Shown here: positions 44,040-55,600 of the stretch, one piece after another
Numbering within the stretch: position 1 is the stretch's first letter
Layout of the letters: each line of letters begins with the position of its first letter
Program-made: the position numbers and the translations under genes
Source of the DNA: a virus
Virus record (IMG/VR): IMGVR_UViG_3300037780_000016
Location: 1-64,000 of that record
Length of the DNA stretch: 64,000 bases
Reading direction: 5' to 3' (one strand)
The notes under the pieces: model-generated
The model's input: the letters and a program-made list of their open reading frames with translations, nothing else
What the model was told of the DNA's origin: nothing
Database searches by the model: none

Positions 44040-47000
44040 ATGAAGAACCGCGAAATCACCTTCATCGTCAAGATGCGCAACGAAGCCTCCAAGGCTTTGA
44101 AGCAGATGCGCGAAGAGGCCAAGTCGGGTGCCCGGGCTGCCAAAGAGCAGGCTCGGGCTCTTCGCGAGAGCGGTGTATCTCAGGACAAACTGAAGAACGA
44201 CACCAAGGCCGCGACTGCTGCGACCCGGGAAAACAAGAACGCTCTCAATCAGCAGAAGCGGGCCGCGAAGGAAAACACCGACGCGATCAACCGCAACAGC
44301 AATTCCAAGCGCCGGGGGGTTCGGGACACCCGTATCTTCAAGGGCGCTTCGGATCAGCTCGCCAGTTCCATGCGCCGGACGGCCACGACCATCGCGATCC
44401 TTGACGGTCCGCTGGGTGGTATCGCGTCCCGCTTCTCGGCACTGGGCACCCTCCTGTCGAATACCGGCATCCTGTTCGGTGCTCTGGCTCTGGCGGTCTC
44501 AGGTGCCATTGCGACGTTCGGGCAGTTCGCGCGTACAGGTGCCAATTTCGAACGACAGATGCTCCGCATGCAGTCCCTGCTCCGGGCGACCGGCAATGTC
44601 ACGAATACGTCCGTGGCGGAGCTTGAGGAGTTGGCGGTTAGTGTGGGGCGTTCCACGCTGGCTTCCACTCAGGAGGTCCGTGACGCCATCGGCATCATGC
44701 TGACCTTCCGGGGTGTGGGCCGCGACGCCTTCGAGCCGTCGATCCGTCTGGCCCAAGACCTTGCCGAAGTGATGGGCACGGACATCCGTTCTGCCGCTCA
44801 GCAGCTTGGCCGTGCGCTGGAAGACCCGGTGCGTGGTATGACCGCCCTCCGTCGCTCTGGTGTGTCCTTCACGGATAGCCAGAAAGAAATGGTCGAGGCG
44901 ATGGTCCGGGCCGGTGATACCGCCGGGGCTCAGCAGTACATCCTCGAACGCCTCGAACAACAGTTTGGTGGTGCCGGTGAGGCTGCCGCTCAGGGTCTGG
45001 CCGGTGGACTGGACACTTTCCGAGAGAACTTCGTCAATTTCTTCGAGCTGTTCTCCGTCATGTCCGGGTCTGTGTATAGTTTGGCTCAACTCTTCCACAC
45101 CAATCTGAACGTGGCTCTTGAGTTTCTGATCAACAACATGGAACAGGTGGTCGCTGGCTTCCACCGCTTCATGGACGTGCTTCGTGGTGTGGTCGCGGCC
45201 ATGATCACCTATCGCGTGACGATCCTCGCTGCCCGCACCGCGACGATGCTCTGGACCCGTACGACCCAGATCGCGGCGATCACATCTGCGGCGTTCGGTA
45301 CGGCTATGGGCACGACCACGACCCGGGTCAACGCATTCACCCGCATGCTGGTGGTGGCACGTCGTGGCGTCCGCCTGTTCACGGCGGCTCTGGCTGCCAA
45401 CCCGCTCGGTGCGGTCGCAGTGGCAATCTCGCTTCTGGTCGGCTGGCTGGTGACCCTGCGCAACGAAACGTTCCAGCTCAATGGAGAGATGGTCTCCCTG
45501 AACGGCATCGTGCAGGAAGCATGGTCTCGCATCTGGGATTACATCACTCGGGCGGTCGGCGCGATCCGTGACGCACTGCAAGGTCTCTGGCAGGGCATCC
45601 AAGACGTCGCTACCCAGTTCGGCATCTCCGGCGACAACATGATCCAGACGGTGCTCGCCTTCGTAAACGTGACGGCTGGACTGATGGTCAATCTGCCTCA
45701 GCTCTGGACTGGTGCTTTCCGGCTGATCACCGAGACCGTCGTGGATGCACTGACGGCTATGGTGACCAAGGTCCGTCAGTTCGGTGACGTGTTCTCCAAT
45801 CTCCTGTCTGGTGACTTCGGTGCCGCTCGTGAGGCTGCCGAGAGCTTCCTGTCTGCTGACGGACTGGACTTCTCTGACACGTCCGAGGCGGCTGCGGCTC
45901 TGGCGTCAACCTTCGACGACGCTTTGTCCACGGAGCTGGTCGCTTATTCCCGCGAGAACGGCCTTACTGTGGCTGGTGAGTGGGCTGACGGCTTCAGAGA
46001 CGGCGCTGCTGCCCGCACGTCGGCTATCCAAGCAGCAGCACGTCAACAACGTGCGGCTATCGACGCTATGCTCAACCCGGAAGCGCCCTTCAGCGTGACC
46101 GGTGGTGCTGGCGACACGGAAGGCCCGGACTTCGATCACTACCGCTCTCTGATCCAAGGCATCGCCGGGGAATACGACCCCCTGCTTGTTCGCCAGATGA
46201 CCCTGAACCAGCAGATGGATGAATTCGGTGAACTCCTCGCGGCTGTTCAAGGCGAACGCGGCACTGCAATCATGGAAGAGCTGGGCCTCACCATGGAACA
46301 GGTGCTCACGATCCAGCAGGAGATGATCGAAGCACAGGAGCGATTGAACCTTGAGTTGGGCGTCCGGAACAACGACGTCATGGCCGGTCTGCGTCTGGGC
46401 ATCGTCAACTTCATGGAAGACGCCAAGAACATGGCGGAGATCGTGCAGGAGAGCGTGGGCGGCGTCCTGAACAAGATGAGCGATGCTTTCGCCGAGTTCG
46501 TGACCACGGGTAAGCTGAATTTCAAAGAGCTGGCCCGGTCCATCATCGCAGACCTCGCACGTATTGCTGCACAGCAGGCGTTCTTCGCAGTCCTGAACAT
46601 GGTCCTGCCGGGTTCGGGTTCCTTCCTGAATATGGCGTCTCAGGGTGGCAAGGTTTTCCACACTGGTGGTCTCGTCGGTGCGGGTGGTGCTGGTCAGCGC
46701 CAGCTCTCCCAAGGCGCTCAGATGGCCTTCTCCATGGCACCCCGGTTCCACTCCGGCGGCGGCTTCTTCAAGCCGGGTGAAGTCCCGGCGATCCTTCAGA
46801 CTGGCGAGCGTGTCCTGAACCGTCGGGAGACGGCACGCTACCACTCGACCATGGCCCGTGGCGCGATGACCATGGCACCGAACGTCTCGGTATCCGTAAA
46901 CGGCAACTTCGGAGGAGGTGGCGGTCTGGGCGGCGGCGATGACGGTCAAGACGAGATGATGTCCAAGATCGGTGACCTGCTCGGAGAGGAAGTCCAGAAG

Positions 47001-47072
47001 ACCGTGCACCAAGTCCTGCAAGACGAGGCTCGCCCGGGTGGCATGCTCGACGTCTCTCAGATGAGGAACTAA
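44040..47072 (+). CDS. tail tape measure protein
   Basis: 1010 aa, helical Ala-rich; LGRALEDPVRGMTALRRSG; FKELARSIIADL; FHTGG. Confidence 0.92.
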   Translation: MKNREITFIVKMRNEASKALKQMREEAKSGARAAKEQARALRESGVSQDKLKNDTKAATAATRENKNALNQQKRAAKENTDAINRNSNSKRRGVRDTRIFKGASDQLASSMRRTATTIAILDGPLGGIASRFSALGTLLSNTGILFGALALAVSGAIATFGQFARTGANFERQMLRMQSLLRATGNVTNTSVAELEELAVSVGRSTLASTQEVRDAIGIMLTFRGVGRDAFEPSIRLAQDLAEVMGTDIRSAAQQLGRALEDPVRGMTALRRSGVSFTDSQKEMVEAMVRAGDTAGAQQYILERLEQQFGGAGEAAAQGLAGGLDTFRENFVNFFELFSVMSGSVYSLAQLFHTNLNVALEFLINNMEQVVAGFHRFMDVLRGVVAAMITYRVTILAARTATMLWTRTTQIAAITSAAFGTAMGTTTTRVNAFTRMLVVARRGVRLFTAALAANPLGAVAVAISLLVGWLVTLRNETFQLNGEMVSLNGIVQEAWSRIWDYITRAVGAIRDALQGLWQGIQDVATQFGISGDNMIQTVLAFVNVTAGLMVNLPQLWTGAFRLITETVVDALTAMVTKVRQFGDVFSNLLSGDFGAAREAAESFLSADGLDFSDTSEAAAALASTFDDALSTELVAYSRENGLTVAGEWADGFRDGAAARTSAIQAAARQQRAAIDAMLNPEAPFSVTGGAGDTEGPDFDHYRSLIQGIAGEYDPLLVRQMTLNQQMDEFGELLAAVQGERGTAIMEELGLTMEQVLTIQQEMIEAQERLNLELGVRNNDVMAGLRLGIVNFMEDAKNMAEIVQESVGGVLNKMSDAFAEFVTTGKLNFKELARSIIADLARIAAQQAFFAVLNMVLPGSGSFLNMASQGGKVFHTGGLVGAGGAGQRQLSQGAQMAFSMAPRFHSGGGFFKPGEVPAILQTGERVLNRRETARYHSTMARGAMTMAPNVSVSVNGNFGGGGGLGGGDDGQDEMMSKIGDLLGEEVQKTVHQVLQDEARPGGMLDVSQMRN

Positions 47073-47075
47073 CCC

Positions 47076-47423
47076 ATGCCGACTTTCTCCCCTCCCCGGA
47101 ACCCGACGTACGGGTACAACCGTAAACGGAAGCCCAAGATGCTCATGGCCGAGTTCGGCGATGGGTACGCTCAGCGTGCAGGCGACGGCATCAACAACAA
47201 CCCCCGCACTCTGAGCCTGAATTGGGGCATGCTCTCCAAGACGGAGATGGAAGCGATCATCGCGTTCTTCGACACCCGGTCGGAGGATGCGAGTTCGTTT
47301 GACTACACCCTGCCGGATGAGGCATCTTCGAAGAAGTACATCGTCACGGAATACGAAGACGTCCATGACGAGTTCGACAATTACGAAGTCAAGGCCAAGT
47401 TCCAAGAGGTGTTCGAGCCGTGA
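47076..47423 (+). CDS. minor tail protein (lambda M-like)
   Basis: FGDGYAQRAGDGINN, AKFQEVFEP. Confidence 0.85.
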   Translation: MPTFSPPRNPTYGYNRKRKPKMLMAEFGDGYAQRAGDGINNNPRTLSLNWGMLSKTEMEAIIAFFDTRSEDASSFDYTLPDEASSKKYIVTEYEDVHDEFDNYEVKAKFQEVFEP

Positions 47424-48175
47424 GTACACTAGCAGACGTCCGCAAGTATTCGCTGGGTCAGACCGTCACGCTCTTCCAGATCGTGGCGACGTCTGCCGGT
47501 GCACCTGCGAACTATCACTTCACGAACACGGTTTTCGAGGAAGGGTTCGCCATCAAGTTCGGTGGCAACACCTATCAGCATCTGGCCTGCCAGCTCACGG
47601 GTGTATCGGCCCGGGGTGACGGCAAGCCTGCCAATCCGTCCTTCAAGATCGCGACCGGCGGTGGCCCTGTCACCTCGATCCTCCAACAGTACAACGACCT
47701 GAAGGGCGTCTGGCTGTGGCGCTATGAGACGCTGGCCAAATATCTGGACGAGCGCCCTGACGGCAACGGTGACCCCGAGGTGAACCCGGGTGCAGATAGC
47801 AGCGCGATCATTCGCCGTGAGCTGTACGTGATCGACCAGAAGGTCGCCTCCGACAACGTCTTCGCCGAGTTCAAGCTGGTTCCGCCGACCGACATTGCCG
47901 GGGCGAAGCTCCCGGGCCGGATCGCGGTCAAGAACTACTGCGACAAGCTGTACCGGTACTGGAACGGTTCGAGCTTCGAGAATTACGACCCCGAGACCGA
48001 GAACGGTTGCCCGTACAACGGCTCCGACTATTACGACGATCAGGACCAGACTGTGGTCGGAGCGGCCAACGACGTCCCGTCCAAATCTCTGGATTGCTGC
48101 ATCGCCCGGTTCGGGTATGGCGTCGATCTGCCCTTCGGCGGCACCCCGGGCATCAAACGAGCAGGCACTGCATAA
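47420..48175 (+). CDS. minor tail protein (lambda L-like)
   Basis: TLAKYLD, LPGR, conserved Cys pattern, LPFGGTPG. Confidence 0.85.
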   Translation: MSTLADVRKYSLGQTVTLFQIVATSAGAPANYHFTNTVFEEGFAIKFGGNTYQHLACQLTGVSARGDGKPANPSFKIATGGGPVTSILQQYNDLKGVWLWRYETLAKYLDERPDGNGDPEVNPGADSSAIIRRELYVIDQKVASDNVFAEFKLVPPTDIAGAKLPGRIAVKNYCDKLYRYWNGSSFENYDPETENGCPYNGSDYYDDQDQTVVGAANDVPSKSLDCCIARFGYGVDLPFGGTPGIKRAGTA

Positions 48176-48930
48176 TGACGTACACAGCGAGGCACCCGGA
48201 CCCGTATCCGGGAAGCGTCCTGAAGGACATCCGAGATCACGCCCGTTTACGCTTCCCCTTCGAGAGTTGCGGCGTCGTGATCAACGGCACCTACGTCCCC
48301 TGCGAGAACGTCCACGAGAAGCCGTGGGAAGCCTTCCGTATTGACCCCGGGTTCATCTCCAAGCACTGGGATGATATCGAGGCGATCATCCATTCCCACC
48401 CGAACGGGAACGGATACCCGAGCAAAGCCGACATGCGGTCCGCGATCCCCTCTGGAAAAATCTGGGGCCTGATCCCGGTCCAAGATGGGTTCCCCATGGA
48501 GATCACATGGTGGGGCGACCCGCTCCCGATCCCGCCCCTGACCCGGCGGTCATTCATCTGGAATGTGTTCCATTGCCTTCAGCTCTATCGGGACTGGTGG
48601 CGGATGGAGCGGGGCATCAACATCCCCAATTTCCCTGTTGCCAAGCTGGACTTCTGGCGGCGTGATGTCTTCGGAGAGCATTGCTTGGAAAGTGGGCACA
48701 TCGACCTCGGCAAGCCTAAGTCTCCTGTGGACCTCGAAATTGGCGACATGCTTCTGACGAAGATCAATTGCAGAAACCCGAACCATTGTGCTATCTACGT
48801 CGGTGACGACGTTTTCATACACCACCCGGCAGACGCTCTTTCCCAACGAGGCAGTGTCATTCGAGAGTGGGACAGACTTGATCGGGTGTTCCGCTATGAC
48901 CTTCGCAACACAGGAAGCTCCTCTCCGTAA
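48175..48930 (+). CDS. tail assembly protein K (JAB + NlpC/P60)
   Basis: ESCGV, HSHP...PSKAD, HCLQL, PNHCAIYVG. Confidence 0.85.
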   Translation: MTYTARHPDPYPGSVLKDIRDHARLRFPFESCGVVINGTYVPCENVHEKPWEAFRIDPGFISKHWDDIEAIIHSHPNGNGYPSKADMRSAIPSGKIWGLIPVQDGFPMEITWWGDPLPIPPLTRRSFIWNVFHCLQLYRDWWRMERGINIPNFPVAKLDFWRRDVFGEHCLESGHIDLGKPKSPVDLEIGDMLLTKINCRNPNHCAIYVGDDVFIHHPADALSQRGSVIREWDRLDRVFRYDLRNTGSSSP

Positions 48931-49633
48931 CCTGCACATTCACGGCCCTCTGGGTGACCGTTACGGGAAGACGCACCGGGTTGCAGCGGCCACGGTTCCT
49001 GACGCTCTCCGCATCATCGCCTGCAATGTGGACCGTGCTTTCGAGCGCGATATGTCCCGGGGCGACTGGCATGTGACGCTGGGCGAAGAAGAGCTGATGG
49101 CCGAAGAGCTGAACTTTCCTCGCTCCAAGGCCGACGACTTCCACCTGTATCCGGCCATCGAAGGCCAAGGCGGTGGCGGTGGTCGCGGCAAAGCGATCCT
49201 GTCCATCGTGATCGGTGGCGTCCTGCTCTTCACGGGTGTCGGTGGTGCTCTCGGCGCTCAGATCGCGGGCAAGGGTCTGGCGTCCGGCTTCGCCGCATCG
49301 GCTGCGAGCTTCGGTGGCCTGTCCATTTCGTATTCCACGGTGACCCTTCTGGGTGCCGCGTTCGCCCTCGGGGGTCTGGCTCGCCTTATGGCACCGGGCG
49401 TCCCGCAAGACACGGGTAAGAACGATCCGACCAATTTCACTTTCTCCGGGGCTCCGACCACTGATAAGGAAGGCTCCCCTATCCCGATTTGCTACGGTCT
49501 CGTGTGGACCGGCGGATTGCTGGCAGCAGCAGGTATCGAAGTTACCGGCGGCGGCTATGGAGGAGGCTACGGCTCCGGCGGTGTCGGCGGTGGCGGTGGC
49601 GTCTTCGATAACCTGTTCAACCAGCTCCTGTAA
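48896..49633 (+). CDS. tail assembly protein I
   Basis: HGPLGDRYG, hydrophobic core, EGSPIPICYG. Confidence 0.85.
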   Translation: MTFATQEAPLRNLHIHGPLGDRYGKTHRVAAATVPDALRIIACNVDRAFERDMSRGDWHVTLGEEELMAEELNFPRSKADDFHLYPAIEGQGGGGGRGKAILSIVIGGVLLFTGVGGALGAQIAGKGLASGFAASAASFGGLSISYSTVTLLGAAFALGGLARLMAPGVPQDTGKNDPTNFTFSGAPTTDKEGSPIPICYGLVWTGGLLAAAGIEVTGGGYGGGYGSGGVGGGGGVFDNLFNQLL

Positions 49634-49642
49634 GGTAGACCT

Positions 49643-52600
49643 ATGAAGTCGGAAATCGATCTCTCTGTAGAGTTCCACAAACCCGTAGCTATCGAAGGCG
49701 CTGGCGGTAAGGGCGGCGGTGGCGGAGGCAAGGAAGCCCCCGACAGCCTGCGCTCGAACTCGTCTGGCAAGCTGCAACACATCCTGTCCGAAGGTCCGTG
49801 CGGCGGCATCGAAGGCGGTCTTGAAGGCGTCCATTACAACGAGACGCCGCTGATGGTGGGCTCCCAGAAAAACTTCAAGGGCGTCCTGATGTACGAGAAC
49901 TTTGGCCGGGGCGATCAAGCGTCCATGCCGGGGTTCGACGCAGTCACGAACGTCGTACAGGTTCAGCAGGCCGTGACGCAGGCATCCGGCGGTTACGCCG
50001 TGGCCTTCACGGACGCTCAGGTCACCGCTGTCAAAGTCACGATCTCCACGTCCAGCTTCTTCGAGGCTGACGACAAGGGCAATGTGAACGGCTCCTCCGT
50101 CACCTTCGCTATCGACCTGTCTCTGGGCGGTGGTGCGTTCAATCAGGTTGCCACGGGCACCATCACGGGTAAGACGCGCACGAAGTACGAGCGCGACATC
50201 CGTATCCCGATTGACAGCCCCGGTCAGGTCTCCGTACGCCTTCGCCGCGTCACGGCTGACAGCTCGTCCCTGAAGATCGAAAACACGATCAGCTTCGAGC
50301 GCTATACGCGTGTGATCGAGCATCGCCTGAACTACCCGTTCCTCGCGACGGCTGGCCACATCTTCGACGCCAAGCAGTTCGGCAACCGCATCCCGCAGGT
50401 CCAGTACCGCTTCAAGGGTCGGAAGGTGAAAGTCTTCTCGAACATGGACGGTGCAGCCCGGACGTTCTCCGGCAACTGGGATGGCACGTTCAAGGTGGCT
50501 GAAGAGTGGACCACGTGTCCCGTCCTGATCTTCCGCGATCTGGTCCTGAACAAGCGCTATGGTCTGGGCAAGCATGTCCCGGAAAGCCTGCTCGATGGGC
50601 CGACCCTCTATCAGCTCTCGCAGTTCTGTGCCGAGCTGGTCCCCGATGGTAGCGGTGGGCAGGAACACCGTTTCAGCACCAACGTCGTCCTGAACCGCCG
50701 CTCTGAGGCGTTCAACCTGCTGCAACAGCTCACCGCTGCCTTCCGTTCCATGCTCTTCTGGATGGACGCCAAGCTGTGGCTCCTGTCCGACCAAGATCGC
50801 GACCCGGTCAAGGTGGTGACCAACGCCAATGTGATCGGCGGCAAGTTCACCTATGCGGGCGAGAGCAACAAGCAACGCTACTCCGTCGTCAACGTCTCCT
50901 ACACCCGGGATGACGATTACTTCCGCAAGGGCGTGGAAGTGGTCGAGGACCGTGAGTTGATCAAGGAGCTGGGCTGGAAACCGACCGACCTCGGCACGCT
51001 GGGCGTCTCCTCGCGCGGTCAGGCCCGCCGTCTCGGCCTCTACCTGCTGAACGATCAGGAGCGTGAAGGCGAACTGGTCACCTATCAGGCGTCCTTCGAT
51101 CACCTGCAAGTCGCGGCTGGCGATGGCCCCTCTGGCGTTGCACCCGGTTCACGCATCCTGATCGCGGACAAAGAACGCGGCAACGCTCTGGTGCAAGGCC
51201 GGGCGACCGGCGTGTCTGGCTCTGACATCACGCTGGACCGCGACACGGGCGAGACGGGCACCGGCAACGGCACTCTCTACATGGAGACCGACGAAGGTGT
51301 CATGGAGAGCGTGGCGTGTACCTACACCGGCTCTGTGGTCACCGCGACCGAAGCGTTTACCGGCACCCCGGCGTCGGGCAACCTGTTTATCCTTGTGACC
51401 GGTGTTTCGGTCGCGGAGGAGTTCACGGTCGTCAACGTCACCGAGAAGGACAAGAACACCATTGAGGTGGTCGCCAAGAAGTTCGACAGCACGAAGTGGG
51501 CGCGTATCGACAACGATACCCCGACCGTCGGCCCGGACATCATGCAGCGCCCCTCCCCTGAGTATGTCGAGGCCCCGACGGCTTTCGACGCTCAGATCAA
51601 CTGGGTGACGCACACCGACCACCTCGAAAAGAAACTGGACATCGACTGGACCGACAGCACCGATGAGTTGCTGGACAACTACATGGTCCTGTACCAGCAC
51701 AACAACGGGAACTGGAAGGTTCTCGAAGCGTCCACGTCCACCTCCAACATCATCTTGGAGAAGGCGGAGACGGGCACCTACAATTTCCAGATTTACGCGG
51801 TGAACAGCGCTGGTCGCCAGTCTCTGCCTCTGGAAGGTTCCATCGTGGTCCCGGCGGTCCCGCCGACCGTGGACAACGCCGTGGGCACCGTCTCCAATCT
51901 GGCTCTGGACGAAGGCGGCACCGAGTTCACCGGCCATTCCGCCAAGTTCAACTGGAACGTCAATTCCCCGACCGGCGTGGCAATCCAAGACGAGATCGGT
52001 GGAACGCAGAACACGGGCGCTATCGACCCGAATTTCCGCGACTGTCTGGTCACGGTGAAGCGCACCGACGATACGGTTCTGCGCACCGAGAGCGTCGTGG
52101 GTAACCACTACGTTTATACTTCTGAGAAGAACACCGAAGACAATTTCGAGCTGGACGCCTCGGCCCCGGTCCGTAATTTCAAGGTCGAGGTCCAGTACCG
52201 CGACAAGTTCAACCGGGTATCCACGGCGGAGGTGATCACCGTCAGCAACCCGGCTCCGGCTGCTCCGACCCTGTCCACCGAGACGGTCCCGCGTGGCGTC
52301 ATGCTGACCGCGACGTCCCCGACCGATCTGGACTGGGCGGGTGCTCGCGTCTGGACGAAGGACACGGCCAGCATCAACCCGGCCTCCGACCCGTACACCG
52401 ACTATGGCCGGGTCAACGCCTTCTTCATCCCCGTGAACCCGGGTGCAACGAAATACTTCCGCGTGGCCTTCTTCGACGAGTTCGGCAAGACCACGGGCGA
52501 ACTGAACGTCTCCGCTGAAGGTTCGGCGTCTGTCCCGCTTGTCGGCAATACCGACATCGGCGCTGGCGTCATCGCCATCGACCGGCTGGTGCAGACGGCT

Positions 52601-55600
52601 CAGGACCGTATCAACGCGATCCCGAATATCGAAAGCGATATCTCCACGCTGCAATCCGATCTGGGCACGGCTCAGTCTGATCTGGACGCAGCGGAACGTC
52701 TGCTCGATGCGACGAACTGGGGCGCTATCGTCGCCAACATGGAACCGATCCACCCGGACCTGCAATGGTCTGGCGGCACGGAGTTGTCCGCTGTCCTGAC
52801 GTCCGGGGGGAGCCGGGCTACTGAGAGCACGGTGAACGGTGATCTGCAACTGGTTACGAACGCGACCGGCTCGCAGTACCTGTACCTCGACAATCTCGTC
52901 GCTAATGGCCTGCCTGCCGAGGTGGCTGGTGACCTGTCGTATGCTGACGCTCGTTATCTGGTGTTGGAGTTCACGCCGACGGTCGATGCCGGTAACGACT
53001 TCACGACGCACCTCCGGGCGGCGTTCCGTACGAATAGCGCGGACAGTGCGAACTGGTTTGACCCGGTCACGGGAACGTCCAACGACCAGCTCGTGGTTGG
53101 TCGTCGCTACACGGTTGTCTGGGACTTGTTCGGCAAGACTGCCACGTCTGGTCAGGTGTGGGGCTCCGCCGCCCCGGATCGCATCTGGTTCGAGTGGCAG
53201 GACGGTAACGCCATTGGCAACACGGCGATCATCCATAAGGTCGCCCTGATGTCCTCCGGCGATGTCATGACGGCGTATAGCCGCGCTCGTATCACGGACA
53301 ATGAAACGCTGACCGCTGACCACGCTTCCCGTATCAATACGCTGGAAGCGTCGGACGGAACGAACACGTCCGCGATCAGTTCGCTTCAGAGTGTGCAGTC
53401 GGACCACGCGACCCGCATCAACAATATCGAGACGACGCAAGGCACCTACGGTTCTCGCATCACGACGGTCGAGAACACGACGGCCTCGCAGGCGACGGCG
53501 ATCACGAACCTCGAAACCACGTCGGCGTGGGTAGCTGGCGGGACGATCCCGCCGGGGCACGGCCATGTCGGTATGACGGGCGACCTGACGTTCGAAGCCA
53601 ATATGCTGACCACCGGGGCGAATGACGGTGAGATCAAGGTCACGGGCACGTACTACGAGCACCCGACCGCTGGTCGCCGCTCGACGAGCGCCGCGTTCGA
53701 TATCAACACGCCGTATGAAGGAAACACGTCTGGCTTCCAGACCCGGGCGTACCTGATCTGCTCGAATGTCGCCTGTCCGACCCGTTTCTCTGGCTGGGAC
53801 GGTGTGTCCTCGAACGGTGCGGAACACTTCTTCCTCGCTGTGTACTACGAGAGCAGTGGCTCTTGGACGGCCTTCGGCAACACGACCTCGCATCCGTACA
53901 CGCCTCTTGATAGCGATGTCGTCGTCGCGGTCCTGACCAAGCCGAACACTGCCTCCGGCGGTATCGATACTCTGACGTCTCTGGTCACCCAGACCGGTAA
54001 TCTGGACGGTCGCGTAGGCTCCGCCGAGAGTTCCATCACGATCCTGAACACTACGACGGGCAATCAGGCGACGGCAATCAGCAACCTTGAGACCGCAGTC
54101 GGCACCCCGTCTGGCGGTGACCTGTTCTCCCGCATCGCAACGGTAGAAACGACGTCTGTCGGTAACGCGAGCCGCCTGTCTCTGGTGGAGGTCGGCCAGT
54201 ACGAGCAATATCGCACCGGCCTGTCCATGAACGCAGTGGACCAGCGGATCGTCATGGACGATTACGCCATCGTGGACATTGTGGCGATGGAAGACAACGT
54301 CACGGTCTACCAGAACGGCTCTGTGCTCACGACCCTGACGAACCGTGGTGACGTTTACTCGCTGTCGGTCGGCAACCAGACCAAGGGCGATATCCTGACG
54401 TCTGACAAGCCGACAGCGATGTATGATCGTGGTGGTTACCCGCTCCCGCATCTGGGCTTCAAAGGACGCCAATTCATCGCCAAGCAGACCCGTGCGGCGA
54501 ACATCGAGCTGAACATCTACTCGGAAGAAGACGCTTTCGCTCTGATCTACGTCCGGAACAACACCAACTCCGAAGCACACCCGAACCCTGCCCGCGTCCC
54601 GACCCCGACGGCGGACCTGTCTGCTGGCTTGTCTGGTGGTGCCGTGACGACGATCACGCTGGATGCGGCCACGTATGGGTTTGTCGATGGCGACAACGTC
54701 TCCGTTTACATTCAAGCCTCGACCGACGTCGTCGTTATGTGCCGGGATGGAGACAGCGCCGACGACCACAGCATCGTCCCGCCGGTCTCCCGCCGCGTCC
54801 TGAACGCTCGGGCCAACGAGTTCAATACGTTTGACAGCGTCGCGACGTGGACGACCAACTCGTCTAGCGCTACGGCAAACGGCGACATCTACTATTTCTA
54901 CGACAGCGACGTACCGGGCTCCACGTTTGAAGCAGGTGACGGCTCTGGCACCGCCAACGCTCACGGCCTTCCGTACGAGGCTCTGGGTGACACGTACATC
55001 ATCCCGGCAAACACGGCGCTGGAAGTGACCGTTGTCGCGGTTGAGCCGTGTATCGTGGACGTCACGAATGTCGGCAACACGATCCAGCAGTCGCTGGATT
55101 TCACGGCAGCCTCCTTTACGAACCCTGTTGCGATCAGCATCGAAGAGCAAACCACCGGGACTTATCCGTGGTCCGGACAGGCTGTCACCCTGAAGTCCCG
55201 GGACGGCACCCCGTTCGGTGTCCGCATCGACGACAATGACGCTGACGAGATGTGGCTGCTCGGGTATCGCGAGAGCCTTCAGCAGAACTTCGTCGGTGGT
55301 CGCGTCGGCGTGGTCGAGAAGGTCACGAAAGATAACGCCTCTCGCCTGACCACGGTCGAGACCACGGCGGGCAACAACAGCTCCGCTATCTCGACGCTTC
55401 AGACGACGACTGGTAACAACGCCACAGCTATCAGTGCGATCCAGACGTCTATCGGCACCGACGACGCTCAGGGCAACTTGTTCAGTCGTATCGCGACGGT
55501 CGAGAGCACCAGCGCGGCCAACGCGTCCCGGATCACCACGACGGAAATCCAGATCAACGGTGCTCTGCCTCTGCTCCCCCAAGGTGGCAATCTGGCTCAG